Shown here piece after piece: positions 46,685-56,109 of a stretch of 64,000 bases of DNA. The number at the start of each line of letters is the position of its first letter. Positions within the stretch are counted from its first letter, which is position 1. The position numbers and the translations under genes were made by a program. Below the pieces are notes generated by a model. The model had not been told where the DNA came from. It saw only the letters and a list, made by a program, of their open reading frames with translations, and searched no databases. Location of the stretch: positions 672,001 to 736,000 of the forward strand of contig CAWJGT010000009.1 in NCBI GenBank assembly GCA_963842525.1, read 5' to 3'. Origin of the DNA: an uncultured Holophagales bacterium (lineage in GTDB: Bacteria > Acidobacteriota > Thermoanaerobaculia > Multivoradales > UBA5704).

Positions 46685-48424
46685 CTAGGGCTGGACGGTT
46701 GCCTGCTCGCGCGGGGTCTCTTCTCGCCGGCGCGGCCGGGCCGCGGGCTCGGCGGCCGGCGGCGAGATCATCTTGTTCTCGGGACCCGCGCTGCGGAACA
46801 GGTCGCGCAGGCGGTCGGCCATCGCTTCGTTGTCGAGCAGCTCGGCCACGGCGACGGCCTGGTGGAACATCGAGGAGATCTGCCAGGGCTGCGGGTCTCT
46901 CGCCAGAGCCTCCCGGTAGCCTTCCAGGGACTCCTCGTCCTGGCCCAGGTACAGATAGGCCTCGCCTTCCGTGGCCAGACACCAGACGTCCCGGAAGGCG
47001 CGCGCGCAGTGGCCGAGGGCGCGCTTCGCGTTCTGCCGCGCCTGGTCCAGGTTCCTGTCGAAGGCGAGGTCCATGAAGGCTACGTTGATGGCGAGATAGA
47101 ACGACTGTGCGGCGTCCTGGTTGGCTTCAGCCGTCGCCAGCGCCTGCCGGTACAGCTCTTGCGCCCGCTGTCCGTCCTCCAGACGGCCCTGCTGGCGCCA
47201 GCGCCGCTTGAAACGCCCGGCAAGGGTGCCCATGGCGTCCGTCGTCTGCTGGCGGGACTCCACGAGCACCTGGATCGAGTCCTCCCGCCGGCCCACGGAA
47301 TCCAGCGCCAGGGACAGGAGGATGAGCGTCGCATCGTCAAGCTCGGCCCGGATCGGCCACAGCTCGTCGATCGCCCGCTGGAAATCGCGCTGCTCCACGG
47401 CGACGCGCGCGCTGTTCCACGGACCGGCCGGAGCGGCCTCTCCCAGGAGCACCTTGAGGACCAGTTGGACGTTCAGGTCCGTCGCCCGCTTCGGCTGGAC
47501 GATGGTGACGTGGTTGCCCGGGATGACGGCCTGGAAGACCTTCGGGAACGCCTCCAGGCTCGAGGTCGAAGGCACCAGCTCGTCTTCGTCGCCGGCGACG
47601 ATCTGGAGCTTGAACGTCGGATGATCGCCGATCCGCTCCCGCCAGGTCTGGCGGAGCTGCGTGACAAAGGGGCTGTCCGACGCCATGTCCCGGACCTGTC
47701 GCTTCCACCAGCGCAGAAAGCCGGCTTTGAGCAACCCATTGCTGGGGGTGCCGAAGCAGATCACGTGGCCGACCCGGGAGAGGAATTCAGGGCCTTCGAC
47801 CAGCGCCTGCTGGACGACCAGGCCGCCCATGCTGTGCGCCACGATCGCCAGGCTCTTGTAGCCGTCGAACGGCGGCAGGCCGGTCAGGGTCCGCAGGTAG
47901 ATCGAGAGCCGCGAGATGGGCGGCGAGGCGGCCCACAGGCCCGCGAGGTCGAGCCACAGGCTGGTCGAATAGCCGACGCTGTAGATGTCCCAGGCGTCCA
48001 GCCTCTTGTCGTCGGCAATGAAGCGGGGGAAATCGAACCACGTCAGCCGCGAGTTGAAGCCGAAGCCGTGAATGAAGAGGACCGCCGTCTCGGTCTTGTT
48101 CTGGCGGTGGACCTGCACGAAGGGCGGCGGCACCTCGGTCGTCTGCGGCCGGGGAGCCGTCCCGCCGGTGCCTTCGATTTCGTCCGTGACGTCGCTGATC
48201 GCCTGGGCCACGGCGCGGGGAAACACGGCGGCGGCCCGCGCCGCGTTGCGGACGGAGTCCACCAGCGAATTTTCGGGGAGGTATTTCAGTGCCAGGGCAG
48301 GGAGCGCCGAAGCCTTGAAGAGAAAACGCATGACGGAACCGAGCAATTCGGCCGTGCTCTCGAGCACGGCCGAGCCGCCCGGCCCTGGGGATCTCGTGTC
48401 CTGCGCGTCCTGCCGATCGCTCAT
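46685..48424 (-). CDS. Alpha/beta hydrolase (PGAP1/DUF676-like) fused to a TPR-S/MAP3K TRAF-binding-like helical domain
   Basis: FIHGF, AHSMGGL, FGTPSNG, GDEDELV and GNH, then DAMGTLAGRFKRRW, YLAINVAF and WCLATEGEA. Confidence 0.8.
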   Translation of the reverse strand: MSDRQDAQDTRSPGPGGSAVLESTAELLGSVMRFLFKASALPALALKYLPENSLVDSVRNAARAAAVFPRAVAQAISDVTDEIEGTGGTAPRPQTTEVPPPFVQVHRQNKTETAVLFIHGFGFNSRLTWFDFPRFIADDKRLDAWDIYSVGYSTSLWLDLAGLWAASPPISRLSIYLRTLTGLPPFDGYKSLAIVAHSMGGLVVQQALVEGPEFLSRVGHVICFGTPSNGLLKAGFLRWWKRQVRDMASDSPFVTQLRQTWRERIGDHPTFKLQIVAGDEDELVPSTSSLEAFPKVFQAVIPGNHVTIVQPKRATDLNVQLVLKVLLGEAAPAGPWNSARVAVEQRDFQRAIDELWPIRAELDDATLILLSLALDSVGRREDSIQVLVESRQQTTDAMGTLAGRFKRRWRQQGRLEDGQRAQELYRQALATAEANQDAAQSFYLAINVAFMDLAFDRNLDQARQNAKRALGHCARAFRDVWCLATEGEAYLYLGQDEESLEGYREALARDPQPWQISSMFHQAVAVAELLDNEAMADRLRDLFRSAGPENKMISPPAAEPAARPRRREETPREQATVQP

Positions 48425-48529
48425 GGAGCCAGTCCGGCACCCTATGCTGCCTTTCCGAGCTTACTGATTCTCGCACACCACGCAAGGGACCGGAGGGACC
48501 AGAAAGGGACTCCTCCGCATCCGGCGGGC

Positions 48530-49699
48530 TCACGACGGATTGATCCCATCCCCTCGCTCGCCCGGGCTTTCCTCGTCGCCCGCCCGCTCGATCAGGAGGA
48601 GGGTGATGTCGTCGCTCACCGGCCGGCCGGCGCAGTGGTCGTGGACGACGGCCAGCAGGGTGTCGAGCGTCTCGGTGGAGGGCAGGTCGCGGCAGCTCGC
48701 GAAGGCTTCCTGCAGACGGTCGAGCCCGAGCTCCTGGTCGGCGGGGTCGAGGGCCTCGTAGGCGCCGTCGGTGTAGACCAGGAGGCGGTCGCCCGGCCGC
48801 AGGAGCACCTCGCGGGCCGGGAGCGGCCGGGTGCGGAAGGCCGGGTGCAACAGGATCCCGGTGGCGCCGAGCTGCTCGGTCCCCGAGGCGGTCTGCCAGA
48901 AGGCCGGCGGATGGCCGGCGCTCGCATAACGGAGCCGGCCGTCCGGCAGCAGGAGGCCGAAGACCAGCGTGGCGCTCCAGATGGAGCCCGGGAAGTCGAG
49001 GCTGGCGAGCAGCTCGCGGGCCATCCGTTCGGGCTCGGGGCTCCGCCGGCGGGCCGCGTCCAGGGTCGAGCGCAACATGCCGGCGAACATCGCCGCCCGC
49101 ACGCCGTGGCCGACCACGTCGCTGACCGAAAAGGCGACGCCTCCGCCGTCCAGCGGCTGCGCCAGATAGAGGTCGCCGCCCAGAGCGTCGCAGGAGACGA
49201 GCCGGCCTTCGAGCCTCCAGCTCTCGGCGGCCACGCAGCCGCGCGGAAGCAGGCTGTGCTGAAAGAGCCGCGCCTTTTCGAGGTCGTCGGCGAGCATCTG
49301 GGCGTACTGCTCCTTGGCCTGGCGCTCGCGCTGCAACCGCAGGCAACGCTCCACGAGGGCCAGCAGGACCCGCCGGTCGAACGGCTTGAAGAGGAAGTAG
49401 AACGCCCCCTCTTCCAGCGAGCGGAAGAGCTTCTCGTCGGGCTCGGAGATGGAGCCTGTGATCAGGATGACGTCGGTATCCGGCCGCTGCTGGCGGATGG
49501 CCTGGCAGAGCGAATAGCCGTCGCCGTCGCGCAGCCGCACGTCGACCAGGGCGAGGTCGAAGGCGGTCGTTTCCAGGCACTTCAGGGCCTCGGTGGCGCC
49601 GGTGACCGCCTCGACGTGGTAGTCCGGGGCCAGGATGCGTTCCAGCGCGCGCCGCGGCCCGGCGTCGTCATCGACGATCAGGATGCGGTCAGACGGCAT
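48530..49699 (-). CDS. Receiver domain + PP2C/SpoIIE phosphatase
   Basis: REC N-terminus; LGGDLY, SDVVGHG, YASAGHP, YTDG and DDIT. Confidence 0.93.
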   Translation of the reverse strand: MPSDRILIVDDDAGPRRALERILAPDYHVEAVTGATEALKCLETTAFDLALVDVRLRDGDGYSLCQAIRQQRPDTDVILITGSISEPDEKLFRSLEEGAFYFLFKPFDRRVLLALVERCLRLQRERQAKEQYAQMLADDLEKARLFQHSLLPRGCVAAESWRLEGRLVSCDALGGDLYLAQPLDGGGVAFSVSDVVGHGVRAAMFAGMLRSTLDAARRRSPEPERMARELLASLDFPGSIWSATLVFGLLLPDGRLRYASAGHPPAFWQTASGTEQLGATGILLHPAFRTRPLPAREVLLRPGDRLLVYTDGAYEALDPADQELGLDRLQEAFASCRDLPSTETLDTLLAVVHDHCAGRPVSDDITLLLIERAGDEESPGERGDGINPS

Positions 49700-51383
49700 G
49701 CTCGAGCGCCCTTTCCTCCGCCCCCGCGCCGAGCCGCAGACCGATCGTCACGCGCGTGCCCTCTCCCGGCGCGCTGGCGAAATCGAACGAGCCGCCGTTC
49801 TGCCAGGCCATCGAGCGCACGATCGCGAGCCCCAGCCCGGTGCTGCCGGTCTTGGTCGAGAAGAACGGCTCCTGGACCTTCTCCAGCAGCTCGGGGTCGA
49901 TGCCCGGGCCGTCGTCGGTCACGGCGAGCAGGGCCTGGCCGTCGCCGTCCCGGCGGGTCGACACCACGATCCTCCCGCCGCAGCTCGACTTGGCCTCCAG
50001 CGCGTTGAGGACCAGATTGAAGACCACGTGCTGGAGGTCGTTGCGCGAGAAGCACACGGCCGGCAGGTCGGCTGCGAGGTCGACGACCACCTCGACCCCC
50101 TGCCGGCCGGCCTGCCCCTGGAGGAACGGCAGCGTCTCGCGCACGATCTGGTTGACGTCCACCGGCCCGTCGTCCCCCACGCGTCCCGAGCGCGCCACCC
50201 GCAGCATGTTCGAGAAGATCCGCCGGCAGAGGCGCGCCTTCTCCTCGATGACCGCCAGATCCTCGGCGAGCCTCTCCGGATCGACGTCGCCGCGGCGCAG
50301 CTCGGCGCGCATCTGCTGCGCGAGCGGCAGGATCGAGCCCACGGCGTTGTTGACGTCATGTGCCACGGCGCTCGCCAACGTCACCAGAGTGGCCTTGCGC
50401 TCGGCCTGGATCGCCTGCCGTTCGAGCGACATGTTGACTCGGGCGTTGCGGATCGACACCGCCGCCGCGGGCAGGAAGCGCTCGACCACGGCGAGGTCGT
50501 GCCGGTCGAAACGCCGGCGTGTCCCGGCCGCGATCTTGAGAAGGCCGAGGAATTCGCCGCCGAAGAACAGGGGCGCGCAGAGGACGCTCGCGACCGCGGG
50601 AGCCCGGTCCTCCCGGTGATAGTCCAGGAGACCCCAGACCCCACTCCCTGCGCCCTCGTTCCCATCGTCCCCATCGTCCCCATCGTCCCTGCCACTGCGG
50701 CAGAGGATCTCCGGAACCCGGCTGAGGGCCGCGGCCTGCTCCGGCGTCACCGGGATCTCGCGGCCGACGAACGCGCTCTTGCTCTTCCGCCAGACGATCT
50801 TCTCGGCCTCGATGCGGAAGGCGCCGCCGGCCGGCTCGTAGGTCAGGAAGGCGGACGAGTGGTCGTAGTCGACGAGCTGGTGCAGGCCGTCGAGGATCTG
50901 GTAGGCGAGGTCGCGAGGCCGCAGCTCCGAGACGATCTTGCCCCGGATGCGGTCGAGCACGCGCGCCAGCCGCGCCTCCTCGCGCCGGGCGAGCTCCGTG
51001 GCCAGCACCCCGCACAGGCGGTCGAGGGCGCGCCGCGAGGTCTGCCCGAAATCGCGCCCGTGCCGGGCCGCGCCGACCAGCGCCACCTGCCGGCCGTGCA
51101 CCCGCAGGCGCGCCACCACCATGGTCCGCGGGATCGCCGGCCGCTCCTCGCGCAGGAACGCATGCATGACTGCCTCGTCGCACAACGCGGCCTCGCCGCG
51201 CAACAGGCGGGACTCGACGGCGTCGCCGCGGAGCGTGAAGAGCCACGCGGCGTTGGCATCGAGCCGCAGCCGCACCGCCTCCAGGAAGTGGAGGTAGAGC
51301 TTGCGCACCGGCCCCACGTCCTGGAGGTTGCTCTCCAGGACGTGTGCGAACAGCTCGGGCGGGACTTTCCTCAGGTCGATCAT
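49689..51383 (-). CDS. GAF-domain sensor histidine kinase
   Basis: VAHDVNN H-box, NLVLNALEA, DDGPG, PFFSTK and GLGL; start MIDLRK at 51383. Confidence 0.92.
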   Translation of the reverse strand: MIDLRKVPPELFAHVLESNLQDVGPVRKLYLHFLEAVRLRLDANAAWLFTLRGDAVESRLLRGEAALCDEAVMHAFLREERPAIPRTMVVARLRVHGRQVALVGAARHGRDFGQTSRRALDRLCGVLATELARREEARLARVLDRIRGKIVSELRPRDLAYQILDGLHQLVDYDHSSAFLTYEPAGGAFRIEAEKIVWRKSKSAFVGREIPVTPEQAAALSRVPEILCRSGRDDGDDGDDGNEGAGSGVWGLLDYHREDRAPAVASVLCAPLFFGGEFLGLLKIAAGTRRRFDRHDLAVVERFLPAAAVSIRNARVNMSLERQAIQAERKATLVTLASAVAHDVNNAVGSILPLAQQMRAELRRGDVDPERLAEDLAVIEEKARLCRRIFSNMLRVARSGRVGDDGPVDVNQIVRETLPFLQGQAGRQGVEVVVDLAADLPAVCFSRNDLQHVVFNLVLNALEAKSSCGGRIVVSTRRDGDGQALLAVTDDGPGIDPELLEKVQEPFFSTKTGSTGLGLAIVRSMAWQNGGSFDFASAPGEGTRVTIGLRLGAGAEERALEHAV

Positions 51384-51467
51384 AGGGGTACGGGGGAACC
51401 GCGAGGCAGAGCAGATCAGAGAATACCACGCGCGGAGACGTGACCTGGGGTCGCATAGACTACGCAC

Positions 51468-52218
51468 GTGCCGACCTCCCCTACCGAACCGGCGCTCGAA
51501 ACCGATCGGGTCACGAAGACCTACGGTGACGGCACGGTCGCGCTGGAGGAGGTCTCCCTGGCTGTGGCGCCCGGCGAGACGGTCGCCCTGGTGGGCGAGA
51601 GCGGCAGCGGCAAGACGACCCTGCTGCGGATGTTCAACCGCATGGTCGAGCCCACGGCCGGGAAGGTCCGGGTCGAGGGCCGGCCCACCGCCGAGATCGA
51701 TCCCTTCGCGTTGCGCCGGGGGATCGGCTACGTGCAGCAGGACGGCGGCCTGCTCCCCCATTGGCGGGTGGAGCGCAACGTCGAGCTCGTGCCGCGGCTC
51801 CTGGGCTGGGAGCCGGCGCGCCGGCAGGACCGGACGCGGGAGGTGCTGGAGCTGGTGGGGCTCGCCCCAGACGTCCACGGCCGGCGCTACCCGGCCGAGC
51901 TCTCCGGAGGGCAGCGCCAGCGCGTCGCCTTCGCCCGCGCCCTGGCCGCCGATCCGCCGATCCTCCTCCTCGACGAGCCCTTCGGCGCTCTCGACGCTCT
52001 GACCCGCCTGGAAGCTCCAGCGGCAGTTCCTGGACCTGCAAAGCCGGCTGCGCAAGACCATGGTCCTGGTGACCCACGACCTCGCCGAGGCCTTCCGCCT
52101 CGCCAGCCGGGTAGGCGTCATGCGCAGCGGTCGTCTCCTTCAACTCGGTCCCGCCGAAGACCTCCGCGAGCGTCCGGCAGACCCCTATGTGCAAGCCCTC
52201 CTGGAGGTGGTCCGGTGA
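51468..52218 (+). CDS. Osmoprotectant ABC transporter ATP-binding protein (OpuBA/OsmV-like); 1-bp frameshift near 52012
   Basis: GESGSGKTT, LSGGQRQR and LLDEPFGALD; the shifted frame continues LQRQFLDLQ...VTHDLAEAF to a TGA at 52218. Confidence 0.9.
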
Positions 52219-53789
52219 AAGGGCTTTGGGTCCTTGTCGTCCTTGCTGTCCTTGTCGTCCTTTTCTCCGCCTCCCCCGCCCAAGCCGCCCCCGACCGCAT
52301 CGTCATCGGCTCCAAGAACTTCGAGGAAAGCCGGCTGCTCGCCGAGATGTTCGCGCAGCTCCTGGAAGCCCGCACCGACCTCCGGGTCGAGCGCCGGCTC
52401 GGGCTCGCCGGCACCCAAGTCTGCTTCGAGGCCCTGCGCAACGGCGCGATCGATATCTATCCCGAATACACGGGCACCGGCCTGGTGACCCTCCTCGGCG
52501 AGACGGCGTCCGGCGGGGCCGCAGAAAAAACACTGAACCGGGTGCGGGCCGAATTCCTCCGCCGCTGGGACCTCTGGTGGGTCGCCCCGCTCGGCTTCGA
52601 GAACTCGTGGGAAATCGCCGTGCCGAAGGAGCTGGCCGAGCGGGAGCGCCTGCGCACAATCTCCGACCTGGCGCGGATCTCGGACCGGCTGCGCGGCGGC
52701 TTCGGCCACGAGTTCGTCGGCCGCGAGGACGGCCTGCCGGGTCTCGAGAAGGTCTACGGCCTCCGCTTCGCCTCGGTCGAGCACCTCCAGCAGGCGCTCC
52801 AGTACCAGGCGGCCGGAGCGCGCCGGATCGATGCCATGGACGCCTACACCACGGACGCCGGCCTGCTGCGCTACGGCCTCGTGGTGCTGGACGACGACAA
52901 GGGGTTTTTTCCACCCTACGAGGCCGCGGCCCTGGTGCGCGGCGCGACCCTCGCCAAGCACCCCGAGGTGGGGACCGTCCTCGGCCTCCTGGCCGGGGCC
53001 TTCGACGAGGAGTCGATGCGCCGGCTCAACTTCCGGCTCCAGGAGGGGCACGAGAAAGAGACTGTCGTGGCCCGCGACGCTCTGCGCGAGCTCGGGCTGG
53101 TCGGCCAACAGGTCGGCGGTCCCGAGGCGGAGCGGCAAGACGATCAGAGCTTGATCGGGTACTTCCGGGCCGAGCGGGGCGACTTGGCTCGGCGCACTGT
53201 CGAGCATCTCGGGCTGTCGGCCGCCGCCCTGCTGCTCGGCGTCCTGGTCGCGGTCCCACTCGGCCTCTGGCTGGAGCGGCAGCGGCGCGGCGCCGAGTCG
53301 GTCATCCGGCTCCTCGGCCTCACCCAGACCGTCCCTTCGCTGGCCTTGCTGGCCTTCATGGTCCCCTTCCTGGGCGTGGGCGTGGTCCCCGCGCTCGTCG
53401 CGCTCTGGATCTATGCGCTCTTTCCGATCGTGAGAAACACCTACACCGGTGTGCGGGACGCGGATCCGCGGGCCGTCGAGGCGGCCACGGCTCTGGGGAT
53501 GACGCCTGGACAGGTGCTGCGGCAGGTGCGGCTGCCCCTCGCCGCGCCGATCATCCTCGCCGGGGTCCGGACGGCCGGCGTGATCACCGTCGGCACGGCC
53601 ACGCTGGCCGCCTTCATCGGAGCGGGCGGCCTGGGCGAGCCGATCGTCACCGGCCTCCAGCTCGCCGACGCGCGCATGATCCTCTCCGGAGCCATCCCCG
53701 CCGCCCTCCTCGCCCTGCTCGTGGACGGCGTCCTGGGTCTCGTCGAGCGGATCGTGCGGCCGGCCCTCAGCTCGGCCGGACCGTCTTGA
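52215..53789 (+). CDS. Glycine betaine/choline ABC transporter, fused substrate-binding protein and permease
   Basis: GTGA overlap; signal peptide; IGSKNFEE, YPEYTGT and FFPPY, then QTVPSLALL, EAA..LGM and IGAGGLG. Confidence 0.92.
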   Translation: MKGLWVLVVLAVLVVLFSASPAQAAPDRIVIGSKNFEESRLLAEMFAQLLEARTDLRVERRLGLAGTQVCFEALRNGAIDIYPEYTGTGLVTLLGETASGGAAEKTLNRVRAEFLRRWDLWWVAPLGFENSWEIAVPKELAERERLRTISDLARISDRLRGGFGHEFVGREDGLPGLEKVYGLRFASVEHLQQALQYQAAGARRIDAMDAYTTDAGLLRYGLVVLDDDKGFFPPYEAAALVRGATLAKHPEVGTVLGLLAGAFDEESMRRLNFRLQEGHEKETVVARDALRELGLVGQQVGGPEAERQDDQSLIGYFRAERGDLARRTVEHLGLSAAALLLGVLVAVPLGLWLERQRRGAESVIRLLGLTQTVPSLALLAFMVPFLGVGVVPALVALWIYALFPIVRNTYTGVRDADPRAVEAATALGMTPGQVLRQVRLPLAAPIILAGVRTAGVITVGTATLAAFIGAGGLGEPIVTGLQLADARMILSGAIPAALLALLVDGVLGLVERIVRPALSSAGPS

Positions 53790-54018
53790 CCTGTTCGGCC
53801 CCGTCCGCCGTCAGGAAGTACCAGGTCCCGGCGGCGTTCGGCTTGAGCCAGCCCTTCTCCACCATCCCCTTCAATGCCTGGTCGAGGTCGACGCCGGGGG
53901 GCTGCACGTAGCGGATCGCCTGGGCACGCATCCCATATCCAGGCTGGACGCCCCCTGCACGGTGGCACCTCTCGTGGAACCGGGCGAGGATCGCCTGCTC
54001 AGCCTTCGAAAGCTCCAT
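53767..54018 (-). CDS. Small hypothetical protein (winged-helix-like)
   Basis: 83 aa; AAGGAGG RBS; LKGMVEKGWL...WYFLTADG. Confidence 0.7.
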   Translation of the reverse strand: MELSKAEQAILARFHERCHRAGGVQPGYGMRAQAIRYVQPPGVDLDQALKGMVEKGWLKPNAAGTWYFLTADGAEQVKTVRPS

Positions 54019-55179
54019 AGCGCCCCTCCTTGAAAAAGCGTGCGGATTGTACCTTAGTGTGCCACTGCGGCCCGATCAACGTCCCCCCAGACCCGGGCGC
54101 TGCGTGTAAGTTGTTTGTTTTCAGCGGCTGCACTTTTCACTAGCGCTCCCGGGTCACTTGGGGGTACCAAAGTGTCAACAAAGACAGCTTGCCCGGGGGC
54201 ACCGCGCCGGCCGTTGAGCCCTTGGGGTCACGGCCTCTTGAAGGAGAAAACCCGAGACCCTCTCCCGAGTATGCCATCGCCGGCTTGGGTCGGCTCGCCT
54301 CGGCCCTGCACTCCCGTGAGCAAGGCGTCTGCGCCATCGCCGGCCGGCGCGGTTTCCCTCGCCTCTCACCCGTTGCTCGCGATCTTGATTTTGCTCCAGC
54401 AGCCAGATCAACGCCAAGCCGTCTGACAGCTCCTCTGAGCCTGGGGCCGCTTGGGCTGTCCCGTACCCCTGCCGCCGGCCGGGAAAACGCCATAGAGGGC
54501 CTTGCAGAGGCCCTGGAGCCGCCTGGATCGCCAGCAACTCAGCCGCGGCCAGCGAGTGGCCCAGCCGCTTGGCTCGCCAGTCGGTCCGCGCGCCTGGCCC
54601 GCCAGCAGCCTACATCGGCAGCCTACCATCTAGGGTCCCGCTCGCCACGGTACCTTGAGCCCCGGTTCTGGGTGAAGTGGGCGGCGGGGTGGCTGGCAGC
54701 GGTGCGCTGTTTCATCCCTGGATCGCCGGAAGGCAGGCCGACAAGTCCCCGCTTTGAGATCTAGTGAGAAAATTTTAGATCGTCACTCCGAGATTTCTGA
54801 GGTTTCGTTCCGTTCCTCTGAAATTTCCATCCGCGAGAGAGCTGAACCGAAGGGGGCGGAGGGGGGTGGGGGCCGCAGGATTTGCCGCGCAAAGCCGCAC
54901 GCAAGTCCGCACGCGGCTCTGGGGAGCTGCGCGCAGGTCTGCACGCAAGTCCGCACGCGGCTACGCAGGCCTACACGCAGGCCTGGGCGGGCTTGGGGCG
55001 GCTCTGCAACTCACTTGATATAGTCAAATGTCTATATAAATCCCCTATGGCTCCCCATCGCCCCGTCTGCGCTGGACGCAAACGGCCCGTCGCGAAGCTC
55101 AGGCTACCGCGGGGATGCCCCTCCCGCCCACGGCTCTCTGGTTAGCTTCCATGACGACGGCAAACCTTCCGCGCCACCA

Positions 55180-56105
55180 CCCGCGTCCCGGAGCTCATTG
55201 AAGGCGGGCTCTTACGGTCTGTTGACATAAGAGATATGCCCCGCGCCAGGCACCCTGGCTGGGATGACCACGCCACCCGACCACCTCTCGCCGCCCAGCT
55301 CCAGGCCGGCGATGCAGCTCCCGGTTTCGCTTCCCGAAAGGTTGCCCGACTCCCGCAGCCTGAGAGGGGAGGGCGCCACCCGCTCACCTGCGCGAGCGTC
55401 CCATCCCGCCGCGGTGGTGGCAACCTTGCCGCCATCCACCCGCGTCCTCGGAACTCCCTCGAAGGCGCGCACCTCGCTCTCCCTCGCCCCCATCCACCGC
55501 CGCGCTTCGCGCGGGATGATGCTGCCGACCCATGGTCCAAATTTCTACGGATTCAGGTGATCGGCAACTCACACCATCACTCCGCGCGCCAGGGCGATAG
55601 CAGCGCCACCACCTCGCCCTCTCGTCGGCCAACTCCCGTGGTGATGGCAGGCGCAGCAGGTTTCATAGTTATTCGACCGCGGTCGCCGCGGAGATGGCAG
55701 CGTCCATCCCCGTGCGCCAAGCAGGCGCCGTAGGGACGACTACCCCCCCGCCACCCCTTCGCCGGCCAGCTCCCGCGCCGATGGGCAGCGCCCCACCCCC
55801 ATCCCGCAGCTCAGGTGCGCCTCTTGTATGTTGACGAAAAGACATTGCCACCCGCGCTCCGGAGCTGCTCGCGAAGTCCCACCAGCCCGCTGACGCACAC
55901 GCCCCCCGCGCGCCAGGCAGCAGCCGCCGCGGCGATGACCACGCCCCCCGTCCGCCTCTCACCGGCCAGCTCCCGCGTCGTTTCCGGAAACGATATCCGG
56001 CTCCCGCAGCCCCAGGCGGGGACGGCGGCGCCCCGCCGACCACCCGGGCGAGGTCGATCCGCCGCGGCGACGGCAACGTCCCCGCCACCCACCCGCGTCC
56101 TCGGA
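55180..56105. repeat. Two diverged ~300-bp direct repeats preceding the main array
   Basis: GTTGAC (55221/55830), GATGACCACGCC..CC...CCTCTC.CCG.CCAGCTCC (55263/55934) and CCACCCGCGTCCTCGGA (~55436/56089). Confidence 0.65.
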
Positions 56106-56109
56106 GCTC

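Noticed and set aside
51468-53789. Triple fusion of ATPase, binding protein and permease (773-aa ORF)
   Set aside because: An artefact of the 52012 frameshift; the ATPase ends at 52218 with a GTGA overlap to the next gene.
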